DNA of 64,000 nt from a virus, in IMG/VR virus record IMGVR_UViG_3300010396_000011, positions 3,818 through 67,817 of that record. The stretch is one strand, 5' to 3'. The notes under the pieces are model-generated. The model did no database searches. It was given only the letters and a program-made list of their open reading frames with translations, and was not told the origin of the DNA. Both the position numbers and the translations under genes were made by a program. The stretch's first letter is position 1, and each line of letters opens with the position of its first letter. Positions 9,241 through 20,189 of the stretch are shown one piece after another.

Positions 9241-10328
9241 GCACTCTGCCGCAGCAGCTTCCATTTTTCGGCCGGGCGTGGCAGGTGTCCGTCGATACGA
9301 CTGACGGTACATTCGCGGTCAGCAGCGCCGATGATGCCGACCCGTTACGCGTTTGTTTCACGGTTGAGAAATACATGCTGATGGCGTATTGGAAAGCCGA
9401 TATCAGCATCTACAACATGAACCAATCCACGGCGCAAACGGTAGGCGCAAGTGCCCCAACGTTCGCGGATTTTTGGCTTGCAAATAAACCGCTGAAACTC
9501 GGATGCCCGATTACAATAAGCGCCGGATACCAGAACGGTACGAGTGGTCAGCCATTCGCGCCGACCGCCAACGTACTACACCGCGCAAACCTTCTTCAAT
9601 CCGTGTGGACTCGCGAAAACGTCACGGATTACCGCCTGATTCTGCGAACGGTTACAGGACTTCTCGAAGATGCTCTGAACGTAGTGAATATACCCATTGG
9701 CGGCGAAAACACCGACTACGACGCACTTCTCCAGATTTGCTCTGGAGCCAAGCGGCCACTGGTGATAGAAAGCATTGACCAAGCGGCAACCGAAAAATTA
9801 TCCGCCGCGAGGCAGGGTCCGCGCGTGTTCAGCGGTCGCCCATACGAAAAGATCAACGAGATCGTGGCGCAGAATAAACTTTATGCCTGGTACTCGCCGG
9901 ACGGATTGAATATCAGGGGCTCCGATCCTTTCGAGCGCTCAGCCAGCGGCGGAGTTCCGGATCACTCTTTCGCACCAATCGGAGATGCTTCCGAAGGCGC
10001 TTCCACGGTAGACGTGCAGATCCCCATTAAACAGACGCTTATCGACGTTCCACAGTTGACGCAGGATGGAGTTTTATTCAAGGTGCTTCTCGACTCCGAC
10101 GTAAAGATCGGAGACCTGGTGCAACTCAGCGGAACGGTGCTTCCGAATTTTCAATTCCAATTCACCAGTGGGTTCACGCCCGTTACCGCACTAAATGGCA
10201 CATACTGCGTTGTCGGAATTCGTCACGTAGGTGATTCTCGCGGTCGGGGCGGAGATTGGTACACCGAAATCCAGGGAGTCGCGCGCGGCTTCTTTGCCAA
10301 CATTCTGAACGCCAAGAACCCGAACTGA
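9237..10328 (+). CDS. Baseplate hub protein
   Basis: FGRAW...ISIYNM...ISAGY...HVGDSRG..WYTEI motif. Confidence 0.8.
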   Translation: MSTLPQQLPFFGRAWQVSVDTTDGTFAVSSADDADPLRVCFTVEKYMLMAYWKADISIYNMNQSTAQTVGASAPTFADFWLANKPLKLGCPITISAGYQNGTSGQPFAPTANVLHRANLLQSVWTRENVTDYRLILRTVTGLLEDALNVVNIPIGGENTDYDALLQICSGAKRPLVIESIDQAATEKLSAARQGPRVFSGRPYEKINEIVAQNKLYAWYSPDGLNIRGSDPFERSASGGVPDHSFAPIGDASEGASTVDVQIPIKQTLIDVPQLTQDGVLFKVLLDSDVKIGDLVQLSGTVLPNFQFQFTSGFTPVTALNGTYCVVGIRHVGDSRGRGGDWYTEIQGVARGFFANILNAKNPN

Positions 10329-10329
10329 A

Positions 10330-11067
10330 ATGCTTCCTAAGCCCCCTCAGTCTTCGAACTTCGGAGAGACGTTAGAGCAGCGACTTAATCAGCCCGAAGC
10401 CGTATTGCGCGCAATTAGGCAGGCCATCTTCCAGAACTTGCGCGTTGCGCTTCCGGCGCAGGTGCAATCTTTTAATCCAGGCCCTCCGGCGACGGTTAGC
10501 GTCATTATCTCAACGAACGAATTAATGCTCCATGGAATCGGGGACCTCGATACGCTTTCACTCCAGACCGAAGCTGTGCGACTTCCAATTCTCGAGAATG
10601 TTCCCGTGCTTGTTCCTGGCGCCGGGGGCTGGAGCCTCACGTTTCCGATTCAGGCCGGCGACGAGTGTTACGTCATATTCGCGGATACTCCGCTGGGCGT
10701 CTGGCTGCAAAACGGTGAGGTTGATAATTACCCGTCAGACCAGCGGCGCCACAGCCTTTCCGATGGAGTGGCCATTTTCGGCCTGCGATCGAAGCCCCGC
10801 GGGCTGTCCGGATACTCCACCGAATCCGCGCAACTCAGGAACGATGACGGAACGGTAAAGATCGATCTCGCTCCCGATACGATCACCATCACCGCTCCCA
10901 CGGTCAACGTGAACGCCGCGAACGTGACGGTGGACGCTTCAGAGACAGTGAAAATCGAGGGCGACAGCCAGGTGCTCATATCGAATGGCACCAAGACCCG
11001 CGATTTCTTCTCGCACCAGCATTCTGGCGTAGCGGGCGGAGTAGCAAATAGCGGACCGGTGTTCTGA
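10330..11067 (+). CDS. Baseplate central spike (Gp138-like)
   Basis: LRVALPAQV, LTFPIQAGDEC, RRHSLSD motifs and a C-terminal HQH metal-binding tip. Confidence 0.85.
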   Translation: MLPKPPQSSNFGETLEQRLNQPEAVLRAIRQAIFQNLRVALPAQVQSFNPGPPATVSVIISTNELMLHGIGDLDTLSLQTEAVRLPILENVPVLVPGAGGWSLTFPIQAGDECYVIFADTPLGVWLQNGEVDNYPSDQRRHSLSDGVAIFGLRSKPRGLSGYSTESAQLRNDDGTVKIDLAPDTITITAPTVNVNAANVTVDASETVKIEGDSQVLISNGTKTRDFFSHQHSGVAGGVANSGPVF

Positions 11068-11426
11068 TGCCGACTATTCAGGTTAGAAAACTGGACGCGA
11101 ACGGCGACCCGATGCGCGGCGCCGGTCTCGCGAACTTCGTCACCGATATCGACGCCGTGGCGCAGATTATCCGCACGCGCCTCCTTCTACTGCAGGGCGA
11201 GTGGTTCCTCAACACCAGCGAAGGACTCCCGCTGTTCCAGCAGTTGCTTGGGCACTCAACCACGGTGCGAGCGGTCGCGCTGATTCTTCGCGAGCGCATC
11301 TTGGGCACGCCGTACGTGACCGGCATCAATTCTCTTTCGGTGGATTACGCGGCGGCGGGCCGCAATTTCACCTTCACCGCGAACGTGCAGACGCAGTTCG
11401 GTACGGTCTCCATCTCAAACCAGTAA
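11067..11426 (+). CDS. Baseplate wedge / sheath initiator (gp25-like)
   Basis: RKLDANGD...AVAQIIRTRLLLLQGEWFLN..EG motif. Confidence 0.85.
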   Translation: MPTIQVRKLDANGDPMRGAGLANFVTDIDAVAQIIRTRLLLLQGEWFLNTSEGLPLFQQLLGHSTTVRAVALILRERILGTPYVTGINSLSVDYAAAGRNFTFTANVQTQFGTVSISNQ

Positions 11427-11430
11427 AGCC

Positions 11431-12804
11431 ATGCCATACACCCCTCCGACCATCGGCCTGACAGGGCTGACGCTGCCGTCCTATGCCGACATTCTGAACT
11501 GGCTGACCGGTCAATTTTTGGCAATTTACGGAGCCGCATCCTATCTAGGCGCGGACTCTGCTGATTTCCAGGACATCGCGGTGCGCGCGCTGCAAGCCTA
11601 TGACACAGCGCAAGCGTTGCAGGCGGTCTACTTGTCGATGAACCCCGAAACTTCGGTCGGAACGAGCTTAGACCTCTGCGGGCGCCTGATCGGCACGGCT
11701 CGTAAATCGGCATCGTATTCGAGCGTCATCCTCACGCTCAGCGGCGCGGCCGGAACGGTCATCAATAACGGTTTCGCCAAAGACGTGAACGGCAACTCGT
11801 GGAAGCTGCCCTCGCCAGTGACGATCGGCAGCGGCGGAACGATCGCGGTTACTGCGACCGCGTCGACGCTCGGGAACATCACTGCGAACGCAAACGACAT
11901 CACCACAATCGCGACGCCTACGGCTGGGTGGACCGGCGTGGTGAATCTCGCCGCTGCCATTCCCGGCGCGGCGGTGGAGCCGGACTCTTCGTACCGCGCG
12001 CGGCTTTTGGTCGCACAGACGAAGCCGTCTATGAGCTTGCTCCCCGGTACCGCCGCGGCTATCGCGGCAGTATCGGGCGTCACCCGCAGCCAGGTGTACG
12101 AGAACCCGACGAACGCGACGGACTCCAACGGCCTTCCTCCGCATTCCATCACCTGTGTAGTCGAGGGCGGCGCAGCGGAAGATGTCGCACAGGCGATTTA
12201 CGATAACTCCGGCGTGGGGTGCGACAGGAACGGCAACACAACGGTGACGATCACCGATCCGGCCAACCCCGGAATTACGATGCCGATTTCCTTCGACGTG
12301 CTCGCGTACGTGCCGGTATTCGTTGCGCTGAACGTGCATTCCCTGGCCGGCTACACCACGGCCACAACGGCGGCGATTCAGGCGGCGGTTGCTGCCTACC
12401 TAAACAGTCTCGGCATCGGAGAGGGCGTAGTCTACAGCGAGCTTTTCGGTGCGGCGCTGAACGCGCGCCCAAACCCGGACCAGCCGCTTTTCTCTGTGCG
12501 CGCGATCGCATTTGGCGGCGCAGCGGCGCAGACGACGGCAACCACAACGGCAAGCAGCCCGACCATCACCGTTGCGAGCGCAACCGGCATTGCCACGGGC
12601 CAAGTCGTGGTGGGCGCGAACATCCCGGCAGGTACGACCGTTTCGGCAGTCAGCGGAACGACGATCACGCTATCCGCCAACGCGACGGCGAACGCGACCG
12701 GCATAGCGGTATCTTTCTTCCCGACTGGCACTTCAGATTTGGCGGTCGCCTTCAACAAGGCCGCCAGCGGCTCTACGACATTCGTTCAAATCACTCTCGT
12801 TTAA
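11431..12804 (+). CDS. Baseplate J-like protein with an extra C-terminal beta domain
   Basis: G.SLD, E.DSSYRAR, VYEN.T..TDSNGLPPHSI.CVVEGG motifs. Confidence 0.9.
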   Translation: MPYTPPTIGLTGLTLPSYADILNWLTGQFLAIYGAASYLGADSADFQDIAVRALQAYDTAQALQAVYLSMNPETSVGTSLDLCGRLIGTARKSASYSSVILTLSGAAGTVINNGFAKDVNGNSWKLPSPVTIGSGGTIAVTATASTLGNITANANDITTIATPTAGWTGVVNLAAAIPGAAVEPDSSYRARLLVAQTKPSMSLLPGTAAAIAAVSGVTRSQVYENPTNATDSNGLPPHSITCVVEGGAAEDVAQAIYDNSGVGCDRNGNTTVTITDPANPGITMPISFDVLAYVPVFVALNVHSLAGYTTATTAAIQAAVAAYLNSLGIGEGVVYSELFGAALNARPNPDQPLFSVRAIAFGGAAAQTTATTTASSPTITVASATGIATGQVVVGANIPAGTTVSAVSGTTITLSANATANATGIAVSFFPTGTSDLAVAFNKAASGSTTFVQITLV

Positions 12805-12816
12805 AGGAAATCAATT

Positions 12817-13227
12817 ATGGCTCTGAACCTTCAAATCTCGGACGCGACGGCGAATGCCGGCGTCAACGCGCTCTGCGCTCTCGCCAACGGTGGATTCATC
12901 AAGCTCTATACCGGAAGCCAGCCCGCGAATGCGAACACGGCTCTCGGCGCTCAAACGCTTCTCGTTACGTTGGCGCTCTCTGCGACGGCTTTCGCAACTG
13001 CGGTCGCAGGCGTCGCAACGGCGAACTCGATCACGGCGGCATCGGCGGTCGCAAGCGGCACGGCTACCTGGTTCCGCTGCTACAAATCGGACGGCACAAG
13101 CGTTGTGTTCGACGGCACCGTAGGAACTTCCGGTTGCGACATCAACATGAATTCCAACGTGATTTCGAGCGGTGCGACCGTCGGAGTATCCTCGCTCACC
13201 TTCACACTGAACGAAGCCGGTAGCTAA
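12817..13227 (+). CDS. Small structural protein (fibre base-like)
   Basis: 136 aa, Ala/Thr-rich, IKLYTGSQPA...GTATWFR...FDGTVG. Confidence 0.65.
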   Translation: MALNLQISDATANAGVNALCALANGGFIKLYTGSQPANANTALGAQTLLVTLALSATAFATAVAGVATANSITAASAVASGTATWFRCYKSDGTSVVFDGTVGTSGCDINMNSNVISSGATVGVSSLTFTLNEAGS

Positions 13228-13256
13228 ACCTTTCCCGCATAAGATCCGCACCAGCC

Positions 13257-14432
13257 ATGTCTACCCAAACCTGGAATACTCCCGGCACTTTTACCTGGAC
13301 ATGCCCTGCTAATGTCAGCAGCGTCCAGATTGAGTGCTGGGGGCCGGGTGCGGACGGCGGAGAAGGGTCGGACCAAAACCTCGGGGCGGATTTCCAGGGG
13401 GGCGGTGGTGGTGGCGGCGGCGGTTACGCCAAGGTTTTATCGTATGCCGTAACTCCCGGAACCAATTACACCGTAGTCGTAGGAGGCGTCGGCAACTTCG
13501 TCGATTCTTCTTTTGCTTCTTCGGCCTGCATCGGCGGCAAAGGCTCTCCCGGAACGGATTCGTCTGGTACTGGATTCGTCAGCGGGGGCGCCGGCGGCTC
13601 CGGCACTGGCGACGTCGTAGTAGCGGGCTCACCCGGACAGGACACCAGCGTTGGGGCAGCCGGTGCCGGTGGAAACGGGGGCAACGGCGGGACCGGTGGA
13701 GGTCCTGGAGATCCTACCGCGAGTCCAACCGGAAACACTGGCTTTGGCGGCGATGGTACCGCTCCGGGCGGTGGTGGTGGTGGTGGATACAGCGCCTTCG
13801 ACCACATCGGCGGGCCAGGGTACCCCGGCGGCGCCGGAGCAACGGGCGCGGTTACCCTCACCTGGCAGGTATCGTTTATCGGGACCGGCGCGGTTTCAGC
13901 CGGACCATCTTTTTCCGGATCTGGCACCCAGTCTCTCTCCGGATCTGGCGCGGTCACATCGGTATCGTCTTTTTCCGCTACAGGTTCCCAATCCCTTATC
14001 GGGCGGGCCGCGACCTCCGCAATATGCTCCCTGTCGGCATTGGGTACGGAGACGTTCTCCGGTACCGCGACCGTCAGTTCGTCGGCATCGCTATCCGGCT
14101 CGGGGATCGAGGTCAATAATATCGCCTCTGGGTCTGTGGCGACGTCTGCCCATATCTCAGGCTCGGGAACTGAGACATTCACCGGAACCAGCAGCCCGCG
14201 CGCGACAGCATCAGTTTCCTCCGTTGGCACCGAATCCTATGCCGGATCGGCGGCGGCCACCGCTCTCGCGTCAGTTGCCGCAAACGCTTCTCAATCTCTT
14301 TCGGGCGACGGCGCAGTTAGCCTTTCCGCATCCACCTCTGGCGATTTCTGGATGATCCCGCCGCCGCCACTTCCGCCACGGTGGAAGACATCGGCATATT
14401 ATCTCGGCCTTTTGACGTCGGAGTATAAATGA
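13257..14432 (+). CDS. Glycine-rich fibre-like protein; C-terminus resembles the start of DUF2612
   Basis: GTFTWTCPANVSSVQIECWG.GG gly-rich domain, Ser/Gly/Thr repeats, ends YYLGLLTSEYK. Confidence 0.7.
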   Translation: MSTQTWNTPGTFTWTCPANVSSVQIECWGPGADGGEGSDQNLGADFQGGGGGGGGGYAKVLSYAVTPGTNYTVVVGGVGNFVDSSFASSACIGGKGSPGTDSSGTGFVSGGAGGSGTGDVVVAGSPGQDTSVGAAGAGGNGGNGGTGGGPGDPTASPTGNTGFGGDGTAPGGGGGGGYSAFDHIGGPGYPGGAGATGAVTLTWQVSFIGTGAVSAGPSFSGSGTQSLSGSGAVTSVSSFSATGSQSLIGRAATSAICSLSALGTETFSGTATVSSSASLSGSGIEVNNIASGSVATSAHISGSGTETFTGTSSPRATASVSSVGTESYAGSAAATALASVAANASQSLSGDGAVSLSASTSGDFWMIPPPPLPPRWKTSAYYLGLLTSEYK

Positions 14433-14953
14433 GCGCTCCCAATATGACGGCGTGGCTGAGCGCGAATCTCGAGCTATACCAGGACATTCTTCTGTGTCTC
14501 TCGGAGTTTGAAGACGCGTTTGATCTGCCGACCGCTGTAGGGCCGCAGCTCGATATCTTGGGAGCGATTGTCGGACAATCCCGTACGGTTCTCTTTCAGC
14601 CGAGCGGCGGCATCAGCCCGGTGCTGGATGACGACACCTACCGCCTGTTGTTGCAGGCGCGCATCGCCCAGAACCACTGGGATGGGAAAATCGCTAGCCT
14701 ACTGGCAATTTGGAACGCGATGTTCCCCGGCGGAACGCTCGTTGTTGACGATCACCAGGATATGACGGTGGATATCTTCGTATCGGGTGCGTTCACGAGC
14801 ATCATTCAGGATCTGATTCTGAACGGCTACATGCTCCCGCGCCCGCAGGGCGTGCTTTATAACTACTCGCTCGCGGATCTGCCCATGCTCGGGTTCGACC
14901 GCGACGATGCCTTTGTAAGTGGGTTCGATTCTGGAAAGTGGACTGGGAGTTAA
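14429..14953 (+). CDS. Baseplate protein (DUF2612-like)
   Basis: FDLPTAVGPQLDILGAIVG, LDDDTYRLLL.ARI..NHWDG, DHQDMT, LPRPQGV motifs. Confidence 0.85.
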   Translation: MSAPNMTAWLSANLELYQDILLCLSEFEDAFDLPTAVGPQLDILGAIVGQSRTVLFQPSGGISPVLDDDTYRLLLQARIAQNHWDGKIASLLAIWNAMFPGGTLVVDDHQDMTVDIFVSGAFTSIIQDLILNGYMLPRPQGVLYNYSLADLPMLGFDRDDAFVSGFDSGKWTGS

Positions 14954-14957
14954 GTAA

Positions 14958-15848
14958 ATGCTTGGAACCTCTAATATTCTTCAGTGGAACCCATCCGGCT
15001 CAAACATGGAGCCGGACTCCACGTATGCGGCCGATACGCAGCGATCCGGAGGCGCGACAACCGCGGCCATCTTCGGATCTCCGGTCGGCAATAAGCTTTT
15101 CTATCAGGTATCGACAGTCTGCGCGGCATTCTGCGCGATGATGGCGGCGAAGGGCTACACCATCTCCGACTCCAGCCTTTCCGCGCTCACCGCGGTCATG
15201 ATGAACGTGAAGACTTCGGCGGATTTCCCGTCGTCGATCCTGTCTATCGCGTACGCCACGTCAGTCACCTTCGACGCAACCGCCTCCGAAGGCTTTGACC
15301 TGATTCTCACGGGCAACGTATCAGCCTCAACCCTGACGGGCACCAGTCCGGGGCAACTACTCACCTTTGTCTTCGCGCAGGACGCCACGGGCGGCCGGAC
15401 GTTCGCCTGGCCAACGAATGTCATCGCGCCCGGTGCCGTTTGCCCATTCGCCAGTTCGGTGAGCATCCAGGTATTCAAGGTGCGGGCGGGCGGCACGATC
15501 ATTCCCGTCGCGCCGATGCTCTGGATATCGGCGGCGGGGGCCATCATCCCGCAGAGCGCGGCCGTGGTCGTTTCCGTGAATTCCAGCGGAACGGTCGCCT
15601 CGGGATTTTCCGAGATCACCGAAAAGGTGGATGCGAGCGGCGGGGCCATCACCCGCACTCTGTACGCCGGGATAGCGGCGCATACCGGCCTGAAGGTGAA
15701 CGTCAAAAAGATGGACAGCAGTATCAATTCCGTGACGATCGCCGGTGCCGGATCGCAGGGCATCGACGGTTTCCCGAGCATCACGATTTTCCGGCAATCC
15801 GACTCCATCACCGTGCAATTCGACGGCGCGAACTGGATCATCATCTGA
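14958..15848 (+). CDS. Tail fibre protein (baseplate-anchoring N-terminus)
   Basis: NKLFYQVST..AAF..MM..KG anchor motif; QDATGGRTFAWP domain. Confidence 0.75.
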   Translation: MLGTSNILQWNPSGSNMEPDSTYAADTQRSGGATTAAIFGSPVGNKLFYQVSTVCAAFCAMMAAKGYTISDSSLSALTAVMMNVKTSADFPSSILSIAYATSVTFDATASEGFDLILTGNVSASTLTGTSPGQLLTFVFAQDATGGRTFAWPTNVIAPGAVCPFASSVSIQVFKVRAGGTIIPVAPMLWISAAGAIIPQSAAVVVSVNSSGTVASGFSEITEKVDASGGAITRTLYAGIAAHTGLKVNVKKMDSSINSVTIAGAGSQGIDGFPSITIFRQSDSITVQFDGANWIII

Positions 15849-15855
15849 GGTCTAA

Positions 15856-16530
15856 ATGAGCTTTCTCGGCGGCAGAATTCAAAAGCAGCAAGTCTTCACG
15901 GGCAGCGGCACGTTCTTGCTATCAACCCTACTGCAACAGGCCGGAGGATGGGTGACCGTTCTCGCGGCCGGCGGAGGTGGTGGTGGCGGTGGCAACTTCG
16001 GTGGCGGCGGCGGCGGCGGGCAAGTCATTGAGCGCGTGGTCCAGGTATCTGGGTCATCGGTTTCCGTCACAATCGGTGGCGGCGGCTCAGGCGGCGCCAA
16101 TGGCCTGCCCGGCAATCCAGGCGGACAGACCTCCTTCGGTCCATACGTCACGGTTACGGGCGGGCGCGGTGGGGACGCCTCCGGCAACGGCGGAAACTGC
16201 GGCGACGGAAGCGGTGGCGGTTTTGGAAGCACTGCTGCGGGCGCTGGCGGAGGCGGAGCGGGCGGTGCCGGCGGCAACGCGCAAGTTGGGTCTGGCTTCG
16301 GCTCAATATCCGGCGGCGGCGGGATTGGGCTCAAAGGATTCGGCGGCGGTGGTGGCGGTGGTGGAACCCCAGGCCCGGGAAGTTGCGGAGGCGGAACGGG
16401 GGCGAGCGGGACAATACCGCCAACAAGCGCTACCGCCAATAGCGGATCTGGCGGCGGTGGAGCGAACCCAACGTACAACACAGGCGGAAACGGTGGTAGC
16501 GGCATCGTGATCGTGACGTGGTGGGAGTAG
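15856..16530 (+). CDS. Glycine-rich tail fibre domain protein
   Basis: VFTGSGTF...GGGGGG repeats...GGNGGSGIVIVTW. Confidence 0.75.
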   Translation: MSFLGGRIQKQQVFTGSGTFLLSTLLQQAGGWVTVLAAGGGGGGGGNFGGGGGGGQVIERVVQVSGSSVSVTIGGGGSGGANGLPGNPGGQTSFGPYVTVTGGRGGDASGNGGNCGDGSGGGFGSTAAGAGGGGAGGAGGNAQVGSGFGSISGGGGIGLKGFGGGGGGGGTPGPGSCGGGTGASGTIPPTSATANSGSGGGGANPTYNTGGNGGSGIVIVTWWE

Positions 16531-16533
16531 ACG

Positions 16534-16986
16534 ATGGCTCAACAGACCTTTGCAATTCTGTCCAACGGTAAGGTGGCGAATATCATCTCAGCGGAGCCCG
16601 ACGTTGCGGCGCAGAGCTTTCCGCAGGCCGTCCGGATCGACAATCTGAGTCCGACGCCGGGAGTGGGATGGACGTACGCGGCAGGAGTGTTCGCATCGCC
16701 GTACTCTACCGCTCCACAGCCGTTTCCAACGGTGTTCTCGAAATTCGCGTTCCGGTCTCTGTTCACGCTTTCAGAGCTAATGGGAATCGACAACTACGCC
16801 AGCAACCAAACCCTCACCGACGATCAGCGGGCGACCCTGAACACCATCACAAAGAACTTCGATGTTTCTGAATCTATCGACGTCACCGATCCCGCAACAC
16901 AGTTCGGAGTGAACTATCTCGCGTCCGCTGGGCTGATCAGTGATACGAGAGCAGCCATCATCCTCAGAGGACAAGGCCCCAACTAA
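16534..16986 (+). CDS. Tail fibre assembly chaperone-like protein
   Basis: NGKVANII, GVGWTY..GVF..P, SKFAFRSLFT..E, GLIS..RA..IL motifs. Confidence 0.7.
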   Translation: MAQQTFAILSNGKVANIISAEPDVAAQSFPQAVRIDNLSPTPGVGWTYAAGVFASPYSTAPQPFPTVFSKFAFRSLFTLSELMGIDNYASNQTLTDDQRATLNTITKNFDVSESIDVTDPATQFGVNYLASAGLISDTRAAIILRGQGPN

Positions 16987-17010
16987 AGAGCAAAAGGAAG
17001 GCCTGTAGAA

Positions 17011-20000
17011 ATGAAAAGAATTCTATCTCTTGTAATCACCGCTGCGTGCACGCTGCCGGTCCTCGCGCAGCAGCCTCCGACGATTGTTCGGGGCGTGCAG
17101 ACGTACCAGGAAAGTAAAGCTCCCGCCACTCCGCCTAGCCCCGGCTACGGCAACGTATGGTTCGACGCGCAGGCGCACAAGTATTACGTGCAGAATTCCG
17201 ATGGCACGATATCGCAGTCCGTCGCGGCTGTTTCCGCGCTGCCCGCGCATTGCGCCGTTGGCGACCTCGCATTCCTGACTACGGGAAGCGTCGGGCTGAA
17301 CGCCTGCACCGCAATCGATACGTGGACAGCCGTAGGGATTGGAGCTGGAGGCGGTGCCAGTGGCCAATACTCTACAGCTTCGGCCTCGTACGCCGCTGGC
17401 ACATACTACTTCGCTCCGGGCGGTGGATTGGCGGCAAATTCCACCCGCGCAAATGTTCAAACCGTACAAGGCGGAGCCGGTGCCATTAGCAATTTTGCGG
17501 CGACGGTGGTCCCCGCTCTCGGCGCTGGCGTAACCGCGGCGTTCACTTGGTTCGACGGATCGACTGGCCAAGTCGTGACCTGCACGATAGCAGCGCTGGC
17601 GCAGTCCTGCTCGGACGTTACGCATAACTTCAGTTACGCGGCTGGCGACTCCATCTCTGTGCAGATGGTGGTTGCGGGTGGATCCTTCTCTGGAACGGTA
17701 GCGATGTCTTGGGCCACAGGCCAGGTGGGACCGACTGGACCAGCCGGTCCAACTGGGCCGACCGGCCCCACCGGATCCACTGGCCCGACAGGCCAGACTG
17801 GACCAGCAGGGCCTACCGGCGCCACCGGACCAGCGGGCGCGACCGGACCCACTGGAGCAACCGGTCCGTCCGGACTTCTATCCGGCACGCTCGCCGCAAT
17901 TCCCGCTACCTGCACGGCTGGCGCGTCTCTGTACCAGGCCACGGATCAGCCGACCGGCCTTCAGGTTTACGCCTGCACATCGACGAATACCTGGACACGA
18001 GTTGCGTATTCTCAAGGGTCCAGCAATCCGGCGACGTGCTCTGTCGGGCAGATCTTCTTCAATACGAGTTCGTCCGCTGGATCGAATCTGCAACTCTGCA
18101 CTTCTTCTAATACATGGACGCAGGTGAGCGGAAGCGGCGGTGGTGGCTCGGGAGCTTCCGGCATCGCCTCCGCAAACTTCAGCATCGGAGCGACCTCAGT
18201 CACGATCAACCACAATTTCGGCACGTTGAGCCACGCGGTCTATTGCACGGATGCTGCTGGCAACTCGTACGGCGGAATCCCCGTGAATGGCGTCAACTCG
18301 ACGGTAGTGACGTTCTCTGTGGCCACCACCGTAGCGGGGCAATGTACCGCAGTCGGTGGCACGGGCTTCTCGGGAACGTTCACCGTTTCCACTCTGCCAG
18401 CGACTCCCGCGACCGGAGCGCTGGCGGTAATCACGGATGGCAACACCACTTGCTCGACAGGCGGCGGTAGCACGGTAGCACTCTGCCGGTACTCCGGCTC
18501 AGCCTGGCAGACGATCAGCGGCGGCGGTGGAAGCGGCCTCGCGGACCCCGGCAGCAACGGCATCGTTAAACGCACGGCGCTGAACACAACGGCCCTGGCT
18601 GTGGCTGGAACTGACTATCAAGTCCCGCTCAACATCTCCCTCAATGGAGACGGCACGAATACCGCTACGAAGTCTGTGACTTGGGCATCCGCCTACAAAC
18701 CGACCTTCAGCGGAGGAGCAACCACCACTTGCGATTTGAGCCAATCGAACCTCTGCGAAGTGGACTTCGGCGCTGGAAATACGACACTCGCATTTACCAA
18801 TCCGCACGGCAGCGGGCCATATTGGCTGCGCTCGTGTCAGGACAGCGTTGGCGGCAGAGCGTACACGTTCGCCGGCACGATGAAAGGCTTCGTGCAGCCT
18901 GACCCGGCAGCGGGTACCAGCAATTGCACAGAGCAACCGTTTACGTACGACGGCACGAACTATCAGGGTGGAACTTCGGCTGTCCCAACGAGCGCATGGC
19001 ACGGAGTAAGTTCCCCCGAGGGAAGCGCTCCTACTGCGACATCCGGCTCCGACATCATCTACGCCGATTCCGCCGCGCACCGCTTCAAAATGACGAACAA
19101 CGGCGGGACGGCGGTTCAGGTCGTTGGCTCTGGAGTCGACATCAACGCGTCGGATCAGGTGACCTCGACGCACCTCTCTGCTGGCTTGCCGCGAGCGCAA
19201 GGCGGCCTGAGCTCCGCGAGCCCCGGCACGGGAATTCTACGGGATGGCACCACGCCAACGGCTTCTGAGTTGAGCGGGGACGCGACTACATCCGGGTCAA
19301 ATTCCGTAACCGTGGCAAAGGTCAACGGGACGAGTGTCCCCACGAATTCCGTAGCGGATCAGTTCCTTGGAACTACAGCATCGGCAACCGGAGCGTGGGC
19401 GTCGATGCCGAATTGCGGGGATAGCTCCCACGCACTGGCGTACAACACTTCGACCCATGCTTTCAGTTGTCAGAGCGTAACGGGCGGGACCAGTTCTCCA
19501 CCAAACTTCCCGGTCAACCCCCAGACTACCACCTACACTGCAACAGTAGCCGACTTCACGAATTGCAAGGTAATTTCAGTAGCGTCTGGGACTTTTACCG
19601 TGACGCTTGTAGCGAGTGGCTCTCAGCCATCCAACGGCCAATGCGTCTGGGTCGTGAACTACGGGTCGGGCGTTGTCACGCTCGCAAGAAACGGGCAAAA
19701 TATCAATGGCGCAGCGGCCAACTTGACGTTGCCAGCGGGGTCGGCGTCTGCTCCCACCGGGGCGTTCGTTGTCTCGGATGGGACAAACTACTTCACGCAG
19801 CCGTTTGGAAGCGGCGGCACAGCCACAGTGCAGCACGCCATTCCTTTCGTAATAGACGGCGGCGGTTCACCCATCACAACGGGCGCGCTGAAGGATTTCC
19901 CAACGGCGGCATTCTCCTGCACCATCAACCGAATTGACATCTCGGCGGATCAGGCGGGCTCAATCACGATCGATATTTGGAAGGCGGCGGGTGCGATCCC

Positions 20001-20178
20001 GACATCGGCCAACAAGATTTCCGCATCGGCACCGCTGACTCTTTCTTCCGCGCAGTTGAATCAGAACGGATCGCTGACGGGCTGGACTACCGCAGTAAGC
20101 GTTGGGGACGTATTCGGGTTCAACGTGGCGACAGCCAGCACGGTAACCCATGTAGACGGCCAAATCTGGTGCCAGTAA
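17011..20178 (+). CDS. Large secreted fibre/adhesin-like protein with a collagen-like segment and Cys-paired repeats
   Basis: Sec signal [20 protein letters not shown]; GPT/GPA/GAT triplets at ~17720-17875; repeated P..C..G...C...NTW modules. Confidence 0.8.
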   Translation: MKRILSLVITAACTLPVLAQQPPTIVRGVQTYQESKAPATPPSPGYGNVWFDAQAHKYYVQNSDGTISQSVAAVSALPAHCAVGDLAFLTTGSVGLNACTAIDTWTAVGIGAGGGASGQYSTASASYAAGTYYFAPGGGLAANSTRANVQTVQGGAGAISNFAATVVPALGAGVTAAFTWFDGSTGQVVTCTIAALAQSCSDVTHNFSYAAGDSISVQMVVAGGSFSGTVAMSWATGQVGPTGPAGPTGPTGPTGSTGPTGQTGPAGPTGATGPAGATGPTGATGPSGLLSGTLAAIPATCTAGASLYQATDQPTGLQVYACTSTNTWTRVAYSQGSSNPATCSVGQIFFNTSSSAGSNLQLCTSSNTWTQVSGSGGGGSGASGIASANFSIGATSVTINHNFGTLSHAVYCTDAAGNSYGGIPVNGVNSTVVTFSVATTVAGQCTAVGGTGFSGTFTVSTLPATPATGALAVITDGNTTCSTGGGSTVALCRYSGSAWQTISGGGGSGLADPGSNGIVKRTALNTTALAVAGTDYQVPLNISLNGDGTNTATKSVTWASAYKPTFSGGATTTCDLSQSNLCEVDFGAGNTTLAFTNPHGSGPYWLRSCQDSVGGRAYTFAGTMKGFVQPDPAAGTSNCTEQPFTYDGTNYQGGTSAVPTSAWHGVSSPEGSAPTATSGSDIIYADSAAHRFKMTNNGGTAVQVVGSGVDINASDQVTSTHLSAGLPRAQGGLSSASPGTGILRDGTTPTASELSGDATTSGSNSVTVAKVNGTSVPTNSVADQFLGTTASATGAWASMPNCGDSSHALAYNTSTHAFSCQSVTGGTSSPPNFPVNPQTTTYTATVADFTNCKVISVASGTFTVTLVASGSQPSNGQCVWVVNYGSGVVTLARNGQNINGAAANLTLPAGSASAPTGAFVVSDGTNYFTQPFGSGGTATVQHAIPFVIDGGGSPITTGALKDFPTAAFSCTINRIDISADQAGSITIDIWKAAGAIPTSANKISASAPLTLSSAQLNQNGSLTGWTTAVSVGDVFGFNVATASTVTHVDGQIWCQ

Positions 20179-20189
20179 GGAGACGCCGC

